The translations under genes and the position numbers were made by a program. Positions 21,300 to 31,190 of a DNA stretch of 32,000 nucleotides are shown in pieces. The notes under the pieces are model-generated. The model was not told the origin of the DNA, did no database searches, and saw only the letters and a program-made list of their open reading frames with translations. Position 1 is the stretch's first letter. The number at the start of each line of letters is the position of its first letter. Origin of the DNA: Wolbachia endosymbiont of Onchocerca ochengi (lineage in GTDB: Bacteria; Pseudomonadota; Alphaproteobacteria; Rickettsiales; Anaplasmataceae); contig NC_018267.1 of the NCBI RefSeq assembly GCF_000306885.1, positions 150,001 to 182,000 on the forward strand, written 5' to 3'.

Positions 21300-21816
21300 T
21301 ACTCAATGTCAATATAATTGACTGTAATGTCTATCTTAGTAAGACTAGCGATAATGAATTAAATGAAAAGAATAGTGCAAAAATAATAGCCATGATAAGC
21401 ATACTTTACACCATCGTTAAAATCTATATCTATTATTAAATGTAAACTTTAAAAGTTCAGTTAGCACAGACCTGATTCTGACTTTTTGATTAGCCTTTAA
21501 AACAATCAAACAATGGATAAAGACACAGAGAAGCATAAGAAATGCTTCAATGCTGCCGTCTACCTAACCAGGCTTTAGTAAAAATTCAAGTATGTTAAAA
21601 ATAAATGATATAATTAAACATGAAAGCGAAATATCAAAACCGAGAAATAAAAATACCAATAAAAATAAGTATCGGTAACTGAGTAAGAGCAAAACCTATA
21701 ATAAATACCACAAAAGGTGTAACACAGAGAGCTACATAACCAGTATTAGAAGTATTTCACTAAAAAAAATGCCACCTTGGCTTTATGTGAGCAAGAAAAC
21801 GTGAGAAAATTGCCAT
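21300..21816 (-). pseudogene. possible remnant of another membrane-protein gene (identity unresolved)
   Basis: ATG at 21816 gives MAIFSRFLAHIKPRWHFF then a stop. It is followed by hydrophobic stretches (GYVALCVTPFVVFIIGFALTQLPILIFIGIFISRF, MLIMAIIFALFFSFNSLSLVLL) broken by many stops. Confidence 0.25.
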
Positions 21817-22243
21817 ACAAGCCACAAAAAAACACAAGCCTACACACTATATAATAGTATATAATAACATTAATACAAAAACAGAAGATTATATTACATA
21901 CAAAACGCTAATTTACTTTATATTAAGTTAATGTTAACAGCATTAACAATCATTAAGGACACACAAAAGTGTAAGCTATACCATTCGATTTCAGCTTAAA
22001 TGAGCTACTGGTCCATTAATTATTGGTATTGTCCTTAAAAAAACAAGAAAAATACAAAGCATAAAGTTAAGTACCACATTCATCAATAAACATAAACGCT
22101 GAATTTATTAGAAACTCTAGAATTTTATATAATGAAACTACAATACAGCTCAAAATAAAAGAGTCTACTTAAATAGTCAATTGACTTTTTTTTGCTAATA
22201 TGCTAGAAGCTTTACAATTTTTGCACTTATGTGCTAAAAATTT

Positions 22244-22317
22244 GGCGGGTGTAGCTCAGTTGGTAGAGTGTCAGTTTGTGGTACTGAATGTCGCCAGTTC
22301 GATTCTGGTCACTCGCC
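22244..22317 (+). tRNA. tRNA-His (anticodon GTG) with encoded G-1 opposite C73
   Basis: Hand-folded cloverleaf. Acceptor is GCGGGTG/CACTCGC, D arm GCTC-AGTTGGTA-GAGT, and anticodon arm TCAGT-TTGTGGT-ACTGA with GTG at 22278-22280. The variable region is ATGTC and the T arm is GCCAG-TTCGATT-CTGGT. An extra 5' G sits at 22244. The 3' CCA is not fully encoded. Confidence 0.93.
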
Positions 22318-22447
22318 CAGTTAAATTTTCTACTTTATAAAAATAAAAGCATTCGATGTACTTTTATATATCTTTAAAGACCATTTGAAAACTTGATCTA
22401 ATTTACTAGTTAATTTTTAAAGCACATAAAACAACTTTGTAATGCTA

Positions 22448-22996
22448 TTAATTAATTAATCTAATGAAAGCCATGTTATTTCCTCGCAGTACTAAGTGTA
22501 TGTTTTTCGCTATCTTCTCTACTAAAAAGGTAACTTTATTAAAATTTAGAAATTTAGACAATACATAATCTGTTAGACTCCTTTGGTTATCGGGTCTACC
22601 TATTCCAAACCTTAGGCGCCAATAATCATCACTAATAAGATTATCTATAGATTTAAGACCATTATGTCCAGAAGAACTACCACCTTTCTTTATTTTTATT
22701 CTTCCAAGTTCTAAGTCGGCATCATCATGTATAACAATGATATTATCTGATGAAAATTTATAAAAATCCTGTACTCTTGCAACAGGAATACCTGAGTTAT
22801 TCATAAATGAGTAGGGCTTTAGCAACATAACCTTGTTTCCATTAATTATACCAGAGGTTATTAAATAATCATCTTTTTTAGAAAATGGCTGAAGGCTCCA
22901 ACACTTACAAACTGCATCAACAATGAGAAAACCAACATTGTGATAAGTCAGCTTGTATTGACTACCTGGATTACCGAGTCCAACTATTAAATACAC
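22448..22996 (-). CDS. pth: peptidyl-tRNA hydrolase
   Basis: YLIVGLGNPG..Y..T.HNVGF and HDD.DL..G..K.K.GG...GHNGLKSI are Pth signatures. The GTG start overlaps the rplY stop by 1 nt (TAGTG). Confidence 0.94.
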   Translation of the reverse strand: MYLIVGLGNPGSQYKLTYHNVGFLIVDAVCKCWSLQPFSKKDDYLITSGIINGNKVMLLKPYSFMNNSGIPVARVQDFYKFSSDNIIVIHDDADLELGRIKIKKGGSSSGHNGLKSIDNLISDDYWRLRFGIGRPDNQRSLTDYVLSKFLNFNKVTFLVEKIAKNIHLVLRGNNMAFIRLIN

Positions 22997-23607
22997 TATT
23001 CTCCTGTTTCTGTTTTAGATTCCTCAACATCACTATCAACAGTAGAAATTGTAACAACGGTAAAGTTTTCTTCCTCATGTGCTGCAAGCTTAACACCTTC
23101 TGGCAATTTTACATCACTTATATGTATAGACTGACCAATCATTTTATCAGATAAATCAACTTCTATAGCTTGAGGTATTCTATCTAGAGAACTTTTAACA
23201 GTGATAGAACGACATAAAATATTAAGTACCCCACCTAACTTGATTCCTGGAGATTTACTTTCATTCACAAACAATAAAGGTATATCTATTTTAACTTCGC
23301 CATCTTTATCAACAAATTGAAAATCAACATGCTGTATAGTATCCTTCACCATATGCCATTGAATACTACGAACAAGAGCATATTCTTTTTTACCTGAGAT
23401 ATTTAATTCTATCACATGTGCAGAAAGAGACCCTAATTTGTATTTCTTCGTGAATTCCTTTGTAGACAATGTCAAATTTACATTATCATGCCCTTTACCA
23501 TATATAACTGCAGGTATGTACCCTTTCTCTCTCAGAGAATACATTGCCTTTGTTTTTGTTACATCACGTAATTCTGCATTAATTGTTACTATTTCCTGTT
23601 GTGCCAT
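22996..23607 (-). CDS. rplY: 50S ribosomal protein L25 / general stress protein Ctc
   Basis: 203 aa. ...REKGYIPAVIYGKG..N..L......F and ...VRSIQWHMVKD.I.HVDF match long-form L25/Ctc. The C-terminal tail is acidic. Confidence 0.92.
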   Translation of the reverse strand: MAQQEIVTINAELRDVTKTKAMYSLREKGYIPAVIYGKGHDNVNLTLSTKEFTKKYKLGSLSAHVIELNISGKKEYALVRSIQWHMVKDTIQHVDFQFVDKDGEVKIDIPLLFVNESKSPGIKLGGVLNILCRSITVKSSLDRIPQAIEVDLSDKMIGQSIHISDVKLPEGVKLAAHEEENFTVVTISTVDSDVEESKTETGE

Positions 23608-24828
23608 CAGTTACTCCTACTTAGCCAAAGTCCTTCTAGAATAATTTAATAGTATAACATAAAAATATTTATTTTTAACTCTATTCTCACCTTTACCCAC
23701 TGAATGTCTAAAATTATTAGAATATTTATAAATATGGGCAAAAAAGCAAAAATCTACCAAGAACAATGCTAATTATTGTAATATATTTCTCAAAAAACAC
23801 TCAGAAAACGCTGTTCAATAGTAAACTTAACCATATATAAATACATCAATCAACCATAAACTAGCAACTAACAAAAAAAGAGGTATCTTTTTGATCATAA
23901 CTGGACCTTAATTTAAAATTAGGTCAAACAAAGTAACTTAAGAATAAACTTAAAGGAATAGATGAAATACATGTTATAGACTTAATGCCCTAAATACGAT
24001 CCTTATTAAAAAGAAGCTGACTAATAATAAGAAAGACAAATAAAAAAGACATAAAATTCAAGATTATTTTCACGACACATACAGCAAAGAATTTAAGGAA
24101 AGAACATTCTTCGATCGAGAGGTTGATACCTTTCAGTACTATTGAAGCTTATCGCACATTATGTGAGCAAAAGGAACCTTAAATAGAAGAAGAAATAATT
24201 TACACATAGATTTTAATTCTCTTAAGAAGACCAGCAACAATAAGTATCAAAGAGAGTAGAGGAAAAAACTTTATGCAAGGAATGACGAGCAGAAAGCATA
24301 GAAAGAAGCGGTATAAAACTTACATGATAGAATTTTTGGAAAATAAAAATAGGTAAGACATAATTATCGTTATAGATTCACTTTATTGAAAAAATTTGTG
24401 ATGAGCATAAATAGAGTATATCTTACCTAACCAAGATAAAATAAAAGCAAGATTTGAAGAAAAGCTAGGCAAAGAGAAAATTAAGGCACTAATTCAAGTT
24501 AGATTCAATAGAGAAAGCACAATATTATATAGTATTCATACTCTATTATAAGCCTGACAAACCATATCTTTCTGAGCAGAATACACTACCTATTTTACCT
24601 TTAATTGTAAATTAAGAGATATGTTTAAATTACATGATATTAACTTTATTAAAAATTAAGATGAAGTACTTCTTGGACCAAAAAATAGATAATTAATAAT
24701 CGAAGAGTTAGCCATAATGATGTTCTTAATGCAAAAATATTTATATTTCATAGACAGCTAGTTTAATAATAATTAAACCATTGAGAATGTAAAATTCTAA
24801 TATATTAATATAGCCAAGGGGGTTAAAA

Positions 24829-25293
24829 ATGTCAACAAATTGGCTTCATAATTTGTTATTCGGTTCTAATGAATCGAAAATAGAAGCACTAAAAAAGGCT
24901 CAAAAAATTGATGCTAAGCAGTTTGAAGAAATATTCATTACATTAAAAGAAAAGATCGGCACTGAACAGTTTCAACTTATGCAAAATCACTTAAATGAAC
25001 TACAAGAAAAAGTAGAAACTCTCACAGAAACAGTAGTAAATCAAGAAAAAATAATGCTAACCTGTTGCATCGTAGCCAGCATTATTGCTTTAGCGGCAAT
25101 TAGTTTTATCTGCTTCTGTATCTATCAAGGAATAAAGAATGAAAAGGGGAAACAAAGAAGCTTATCTCAGAGTGCGCCAACCGAGAAACTGATTAACTTA
25201 CGTAAACCAAACCCAAACATGAAACTTAATGTAGATATTAGTAGCACTAAAAAACTACTGAAAGGTCGAGAATTAATGGCAATATATAAATAA
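24829..25293 (+). CDS. hypothetical coiled-coil / single-pass membrane protein (no family recognised)
   Basis: 154-aa ORF. A strong SD (AAGGGGG) lies 6 nt upstream of the ATG. About 70 N-terminal residues have a heptad-like pattern (LQEKVETLTETVVNQEK). One TM helix is present (IMLTCCIVASIIALAAISFICFCIY), followed by a basic C-terminal tail. Confidence 0.6.
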   Translation: MSTNWLHNLLFGSNESKIEALKKAQKIDAKQFEEIFITLKEKIGTEQFQLMQNHLNELQEKVETLTETVVNQEKIMLTCCIVASIIALAAISFICFCIYQGIKNEKGKQRSLSQSAPTEKLINLRKPNPNMKLNVDISSTKKLLKGRELMAIYK

Positions 25294-25374
25294 CACTTTT
25301 TCCTAAGAAGGTGTTACATACCCTGTAACACCTCGTACTTTAATGGAAAAGTACCCAATAAACTATTTTATTTT

Positions 25375-26520
25375 TTAATCATTTGTTCTCTTCTTTGTTA
25401 TCACAAGTCTTTTCTTCAGCACATTTTCAACTACAATACTAACTACCATAATTACAGACTCATCATGAACACTAAGCGATGTAATTAATGAACCATTCGC
25501 ACTAACAAAACAATTACTTAATATTCGTTTTATGTTTTTTCCTCCCATTACAGTTGCAAAAACATACAACACCTATATCACTTGCTTTTACTTTATGAAA
25601 TTCCCCACGATTACATTATCACCAATCATTGTACATTCATACTTAGTAAATGAGCCAATTCTAATACCGGACCCTATTTTTACTCAAGAATCAAAAAAAC
25701 TTATAGATAAATAATCAAAATTTATACTAATTTAAGTCTCAAAAAAACAGTCTCTGGAACAACAAGCATTACTCCTGAACCAATAAAGAATTTTCTTTAA
25801 CTTTCTTAAAAGTAAAACTCACCTTTTACAAGGTCACTTCTATCACTTATACTAATTGCTTCTTCCTCATCAACAGTAACATAACCGATATTTAAATTAC
25901 TCTTTATTGTAATGAAAATTGTATCAGTTAAATAATACTCATGAGTCAATTTATTACACTCTATTTTCCATCAAGTTAAGTAAATCTTTCATATGTGCAA
26001 CCATCATTCCAACACTCACAAAAAATTCTTCACTACTATTTTCGCCATTTTGTGCTTCTACGATTTCTCTCAAGAAATCATTCTCAACAACTAATCTACC
26101 ATACCTCTTATCGCTAGTTTTAAAACCAAAATAAACCAGAACCTTACCTTCTCTAAGCAACTAACCATTTCAGTTATCGTGCCACTTTTTATAAACGGAG
26201 TACCTCCATACTACACAATAACTATACTTGAACCTATAACTCTCTCAGGCCTCTTACCACAGTTCTGACCGCATCCCCTGTATCAACAAAAACATTAGTT
26301 CTTGTATAATTAACTGTACATCCTTAAAAAACCACAACCTTTTAATTAAAGATAAATCACCTACAATAGATATATATTCCAAGATTTAACCGTTTCGCAT
26401 TATAAGTAATATATTTGGCATGGAAAATTACCTATTTTATGTAGGACTTTAGACAAGTTTAAATTCATACACTTGTTCATACCCCGTGAGTATAACAAAT
26501 GCGTAAGTTTTGTTCTTCAC
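25375..26520 (-). pseudogene. glmU: decayed bifunctional GlmU (GlcNAc-1-P uridyltransferase / GlcN-1-P acetyltransferase) gene
   Basis: Collinear GlmU-like segments appear across three frames: AFVILTG, VQLIIQE then DTGDAVRTV, VVWRYSVY, KRYGRLVVENDFLREIVEAQNGE, HEYYLTD, SGVMLVVPETVFF and IGDNVIVGNFIK*K. A hexapeptide-repeat tail follows: SANGSLITSLSVHDESVIMVVSIVVENV..KRLVITKKR. There are many stops and frameshifts. The relic is about 1.15 kb against about 1.4 kb intact. Confidence 0.78.
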
Positions 26521-27564
26521 TTATCTTAAAGATGAAAAATGAAAACCATAGTGGTCAAGCCAGCTAATTCTATTACTATAAAAGCTTCTTAGGTCACCAA
26601 TTTGATATTTTAGCATTGCAAGCCTTTCTATACCCATGCCAAACGCAAAACCACTATATCTACTATAGTCTATTCCAACATTTCGAAAGATGTTTGGATG
26701 TACCATACCACATCCAAGTACCTCGATCCACTTACTATCCCTATAACTTATATCCACCTCTGCAGAAGGCTCAGTAAAAGGAAAAAAACTACTACGAAAA
26801 CGTATCTTTAACCCTGTATCTCCAAAGAACCTATTAAAGAAATAGTGAATAGTAAATTTTAGCTGGCCCATATTAACATTTTCATTTACATATAGTCCCT
26901 CTATCTGATGAAACATGGGAGTATGAGTTGCATCAAAATCATTTCTGTATACCCTACCTGCAGCTACTACTTTGATTGGGAAAGTTTTCGCCTTTTGCAT
27001 AGTTCTAATCTGCACAGACGAGGTATGAGTACGCAGCAACACTCTTCTGTTATCTACTTTATTCTTTAAGTAGAAAGTATCTTGCTCTTCACGTGCAGGA
27101 TGATAACTTGGAGTATTCAGCGCATCAAATACATAAAACTCATCCTCAATTTCAGGACCGTCTACTGCTCTAAAGCCCATATGTGCAAAAATGAGCTTTA
27201 CTTCGTTTATAACTTTACTGAGTGGATTAACTTTACCAATTTTCTCTGGCCTAACTGGTAATGTGATATCAACTGCTTCACTTTGCAGTTTTAAATTAAT
27301 TTCCTCGGCCTTTAATATATTTCCCTTATCTATTATAAGCTGATCTAACTTATTACGTAAGGAATTGACGGTCCTACCTAAATTACGCTTCTTTCCTATG
27401 TTTCCTATCTTCTTTAAATTACTAAAATACGCTTTAATTATACCCTTTTTCCCTAAATATAACAGCCTAACTTTTTCTAAATCTTCCAAAGAAGAAGCAC
27501 TTTCAATTTCGGACACAGCCTTATCTTCAAGCAAATGTACTTCATTCAATAGCTCTTTATTCAT
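26521..27564 (-). CDS. pheS: phenylalanine--tRNA ligase alpha subunit
   Basis: The class II aaRS motifs are present: ...HP......DTFY........LLRTHTS.VQIR.M..........GRVYR.D.DATHTPMFHQ.EGL.V......LK......FF..........R.SFFPFTEPSAEVD......WIEVLGCGMVHPNV......D......GFAFGMGIERLAML.Y.I.D.R. Confidence 0.96.
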   Translation of the reverse strand: MNKELLNEVHLLEDKAVSEIESASSLEDLEKVRLLYLGKKGIIKAYFSNLKKIGNIGKKRNLGRTVNSLRNKLDQLIIDKGNILKAEEINLKLQSEAVDITLPVRPEKIGKVNPLSKVINEVKLIFAHMGFRAVDGPEIEDEFYVFDALNTPSYHPAREEQDTFYLKNKVDNRRVLLRTHTSSVQIRTMQKAKTFPIKVVAAGRVYRNDFDATHTPMFHQIEGLYVNENVNMGQLKFTIHYFFNRFFGDTGLKIRFRSSFFPFTEPSAEVDISYRDSKWIEVLGCGMVHPNIFRNVGIDYSRYSGFAFGMGIERLAMLKYQIGDLRSFYSNRISWLDHYGFHFSSLR

Positions 27565-29987
27565 TCCGAAAATGCTAGCTTAAACCTTCATTATAGCAAA
27601 CTTACACAACACCAACAACTCAAAAAATTATCCTCATTTCGATTATTAATCTGCTGATTAATTATACTTTTTTATCTAATTTTATATTGAAAAACATACC
27701 GTACTACTATATTTAACAATAATATTAAACTAACGAAGAATACAAAGCAGATGATGATCTAAATTGTTTAAGGAGAAATATATAAAGACATAAGTAAAGC
27801 ATTCCATGATTAACTAATGGAAACCAGTACTACTTATTCAAGAAGCCTTATAAGCAACACACAGAAGTTTTCCATTTAAGCCAACAATATCGATGACAGC
27901 AGATCAAGGCATCCACGATACAATACTATTCAAATAAAACATTTAATCGACTTCTTTAAAATCTGCTTCTTCGAGGAAAAACTTTCATAGCTAACACAAA
28001 AGTACCAAAAGAAAGCAGTGAATTATATAACGACCACTATAAAACCGTGTAAGGATTCATTAGTAACGATCTACTCAAAATCCTTCTACGTAAATACTAA
28101 TTACACTATAAGTAAACACTAAAGACACTAACTTAGTAAGTTGCACCAAATTTAGCTATTCTTAAATTAAGAGCCAGAACATGTAGAAAAAACTGAAAGC
28201 AAATAGCAAAGTTAAGTTATAGCACAAGCAGAAAAAACTAAAAACAAAGAAAAACAGGATATAGTTCAAAAAGAAACCACATGAGATAAATAAATTGCAT
28301 CAATTAAAAATTCTTTTAGCTATAATAAAGCACAAGTTACATATCACCCAGCAATTATTGTAGCAATAATAAAAATGCTTCTTGGATTAGTTTTTTCTTA
28401 CTCACTAGACTTTCTTAATAAAACGTAGTCCTTCTTTTTACACCTACCGGAACTTTCTACATAAAAAAAGGCTTCGACTCGTCACTTAATATCTCAAAAC
28501 CAAAAACGTGCAAAGAATAATCAAGTAACCAGATCACACATAGAGTATATTAAGGCCAACAAAAAAAAATCAAGAAAGTAGACAGAAAAAGAAAGATAAT
28601 CTACTAAAATAAGCTAAAATTAATATCAGGTCAGCTACCGTAAATAATCTAACTGAGCACAAGAAAAAATTTTGATGAGACATTTACTAAAGTAGTCAGC
28701 AAATACCTGAAGACCAAGAAACATTTTGCAATACTATCAACTAAGAGTTTAACATTGTTTATTTTCAAAATAAACAATTACATGAAATATTAGAAATACT
28801 ACAACCAATTAGTAAGTCTTCTACTCCAAAAGAATATTTATAAAAGTAATTACATAGAAAAAAAAAGAGCGATTGCTTAAATTAAGCTCAGATATTCATA
28901 TACAACAATCTCTTCCACACCTAAAAACATTTTTCATAAAAATGGGAACTATGTACCAAACAAGCTGCAGATCCCTAAGCTGAACAAAGCTCTAGCAGCT
29001 AATACTATTTTCAAATCACTGTTTAAACTGTATTTTCCCCAAAAAAAACACTTCGTCTATTCTTGATAGCGTCCTTTATATCAATATTCTGCCTACAGGC
29101 ATTTGCTACTTGGAAAAGCATCAATCTTTAAAGGATCAGTGCCATCAGAAAAAAGAGAAATATTAGGTTAGCATTGAACATAAAGTTACTAATAACAATC
29201 ATACTATGTATTTTGATTCGGTTTATTTTATATATTCTAAATATTTGGTAAAATCTACCGAACAAATAAGCCAAAACAAGTTTACTTCATCCACTTAGAA
29301 AAATAGAAACAAGTTGTTTTAAAGAACTTCGTGTGATAAATAATTTCGTTTTTGCTATATGTTTAAAGGAATCATTACAGTATTGGAGCTATAATTAATA
29401 TTACCTTCTACTCCAACTCTGATCAAGTTTTCTACATTAAGGCACAAAACTTACCTTCTATATATAAAGGAGATCCAATAGCCTGTTCCAGTGTATGTTT
29501 AACTAATGTTAACAATCAATAATATATTCACAGCTCAAGCATCTCAAGAAACTATGAAAGTTTCTAATCTCAACACGTGAAAAGTAAGAGAAAATAAACC
29601 TAAAGCAAGCAACAATAAAATTAAGCGATAGGAGATTGATAACCACTTAGTTCAAGGTTATCTAGATAATAATAGTATAAATTTTAACAATTAGTAAAAA
29701 TTTAGGTTCCCATGAAATCAAGTTATCATGCCCAGAAGAATTATTAAATTCGTTGCAAAATAGTTTCCCTTACAGTAAACTCAATTATTACCAAGAAATT
29801 TACAGTAAACACTATTCTCTATAAATGGGAAAATATAACTTTACAGTATAATAAAGTAAATAATAGCTTAAACTTAGAAGTTAACATGATTACTCAATAT
29901 TTATATCAGCCGGCTCAGTATAAATACAATTAATTTTACAACCTTAGTATTTACAACTATTATACTTGCGAAGCACAAATATATAGT

Positions 29988-30578
29988 ATGCTTTTTGATT
30001 GCTTAATTATCTTCATTATTATTTTATGTATAACAATCTCAATAACTAGGGGCTTTATAAAAGAGTTATGTGCGTTAATATTTTTATCCTCATCAATCTT
30101 TTTAACAATTAATCATTATGACTTCTTCACTATAAATTACAGTAAATATTTTGATTCTAAAGCTATACAGAATATACTTTCCATAGTTTCTGTATTTATT
30201 ATACTTAACTTCATATTTATGGTAATAAACAACTGGCTGATGTACATATTATCACCTATAAGGCTAGGGTTAATCGACAGAGTTACTGGGATCTGTATTG
30301 GAACACTTAGAGGAATACTGCTTTCCCACATATTATTCTTCGTTGTACACTTATATTGCTATATAGCATATGACAAAAAAGAGGAAAAATCAAAAATAGA
30401 GACAGAAGAAATATTACCCAATTGGATAATAAGATCGCACTCTTATCAAGCTCTATTTGTAACAATAGAAAACATAGTTGATATGTATATACCAGAGTCA
30501 TTGATACTAAAAATCAAAGAAATTGGAGAAGAAATGACTGATCAAGAAAAGTCTAAAAGTAATAAGAAAGAAAAGTAA
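29988..30578 (+). CDS. cvpA: CvpA-family membrane protein
   Basis: The N-terminus is D.LIIFIIILCITISITRGFIKELCALI, compare the CvpA pattern D.ii..il..s...G..rGfv.e. It has four or more TM segments and a charged C-terminal tail. Confidence 0.8.
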   Translation: MLFDCLIIFIIILCITISITRGFIKELCALIFLSSSIFLTINHYDFFTINYSKYFDSKAIQNILSIVSVFIILNFIFMVINNWLMYILSPIRLGLIDRVTGICIGTLRGILLSHILFFVVHLYCYIAYDKKEEKSKIETEEILPNWIIRSHSYQALFVTIENIVDMYIPESLILKIKEIGEEMTDQEKSKSNKKEK

Positions 30579-30734
30579 TAATCATATCTATGAAGCAATA
30601 ATCGATGCTATTTATTTAGCAGCAATTTTTTTTGATCAACATAATTAGCCTCCAGCTCACTAGCAGTCTTTTCCTATTATGAGTTAAACTAAAAATCTCG
30701 TAATATATTAAAGCTCAAAGAAATATCTTTTAAT

Positions 30735-31184
30735 ATGGAAGTTATTACAGAAAATAGAAAAGCAAAGTTTGAATATTTTATCTTAGAAGAATTTGAAGCA
30801 GGCATGGTTTTGTTAAGTAGTGAAGTTAAATCGCTAAGGGAAAGAAAAGTAAACATTTCTGACGCTTACGTCATTGAAAAAAATGGTGAAATATGGCTAC
30901 ACAACATGCATATTGCAGAATATAAAGACGCAAACCGAAAAAATCATAAGACAAAAAGAGAACGTAAACTGCTTCTGCACAAAAAAGAGATAAATAAATT
31001 AATTAGCCAGATTAAGACTGCTGGAATAACTGTTATACCAATTTCAATTTATTTTAATTGTAAAGGATTAGCAAAAACTAAAATTGCTATCGTGAAAGGA
31101 AAAAAACTTTACGACAAGAGAGTAACCATAAAACAAAGAGAATGGAATCGTGAAAAAAGCAGATTGTTTAAAAATAACTTGTAG
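30735..31184 (+). CDS. smpB: SsrA(tmRNA)-binding protein SmpB
   Basis: ENRKAKFEYFILEEFEAGMVL.SSEVKSLR......ISDAYV.......WL.N.HI..Y........H...R.RKLLLHK.EI.KL matches SmpB. Confidence 0.95.
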   Translation: MEVITENRKAKFEYFILEEFEAGMVLLSSEVKSLRERKVNISDAYVIEKNGEIWLHNMHIAEYKDANRKNHKTKRERKLLLHKKEINKLISQIKTAGITVIPISIYFNCKGLAKTKIAIVKGKKLYDKRVTIKQREWNREKSRLFKNNL

Positions 31185-31190
31185 CAAAAT

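Noticed and set aside
25375-26160. ORFs 25375-25572 and 25954-26160 (minus) as stand-alone genes, and 25532-25714 and 25919-26134 (plus)
   Set aside because: The minus-strand ORFs are fragments of the glmU relic. The plus-strand ORFs are antisense shadows over it.
28441-28470. Minus-strand GTAGAAAGTTCCGGTAGG, resembling the RNase P RNA CR-I motif (GAGGAAAGTCCGGGC)
   Set aside because: It has an extra T and lacks the flanking GGGC. I found no matching CR-IV/CR-V motif or GC-rich helices nearby. The AT-rich surroundings are incompatible with a structured RNA of about 380 nt.
28621-28645. ATCAGGTCAGCTACCG, resembling part of the SRP (4.5S) RNA domain IV (CAGGTCAGGTCCGGAAGGAAGCAGC)
   Set aside because: Only 8 nt match, the GGAA/GNAR loop region is absent, and there is no complementary strand to form the helix.
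30579-30734. Possible tmRNA (ssrA) gene next to smpB
   Set aside because: There is no tRNA-like acceptor/T-arm (no GGTTCGA..CC element) and no tag reading frame. The only feature is a weak 5-bp hairpin (TGCTA/TAGCA at 30606-30621) followed by a T8 run, which may be a weak cvpA terminator.
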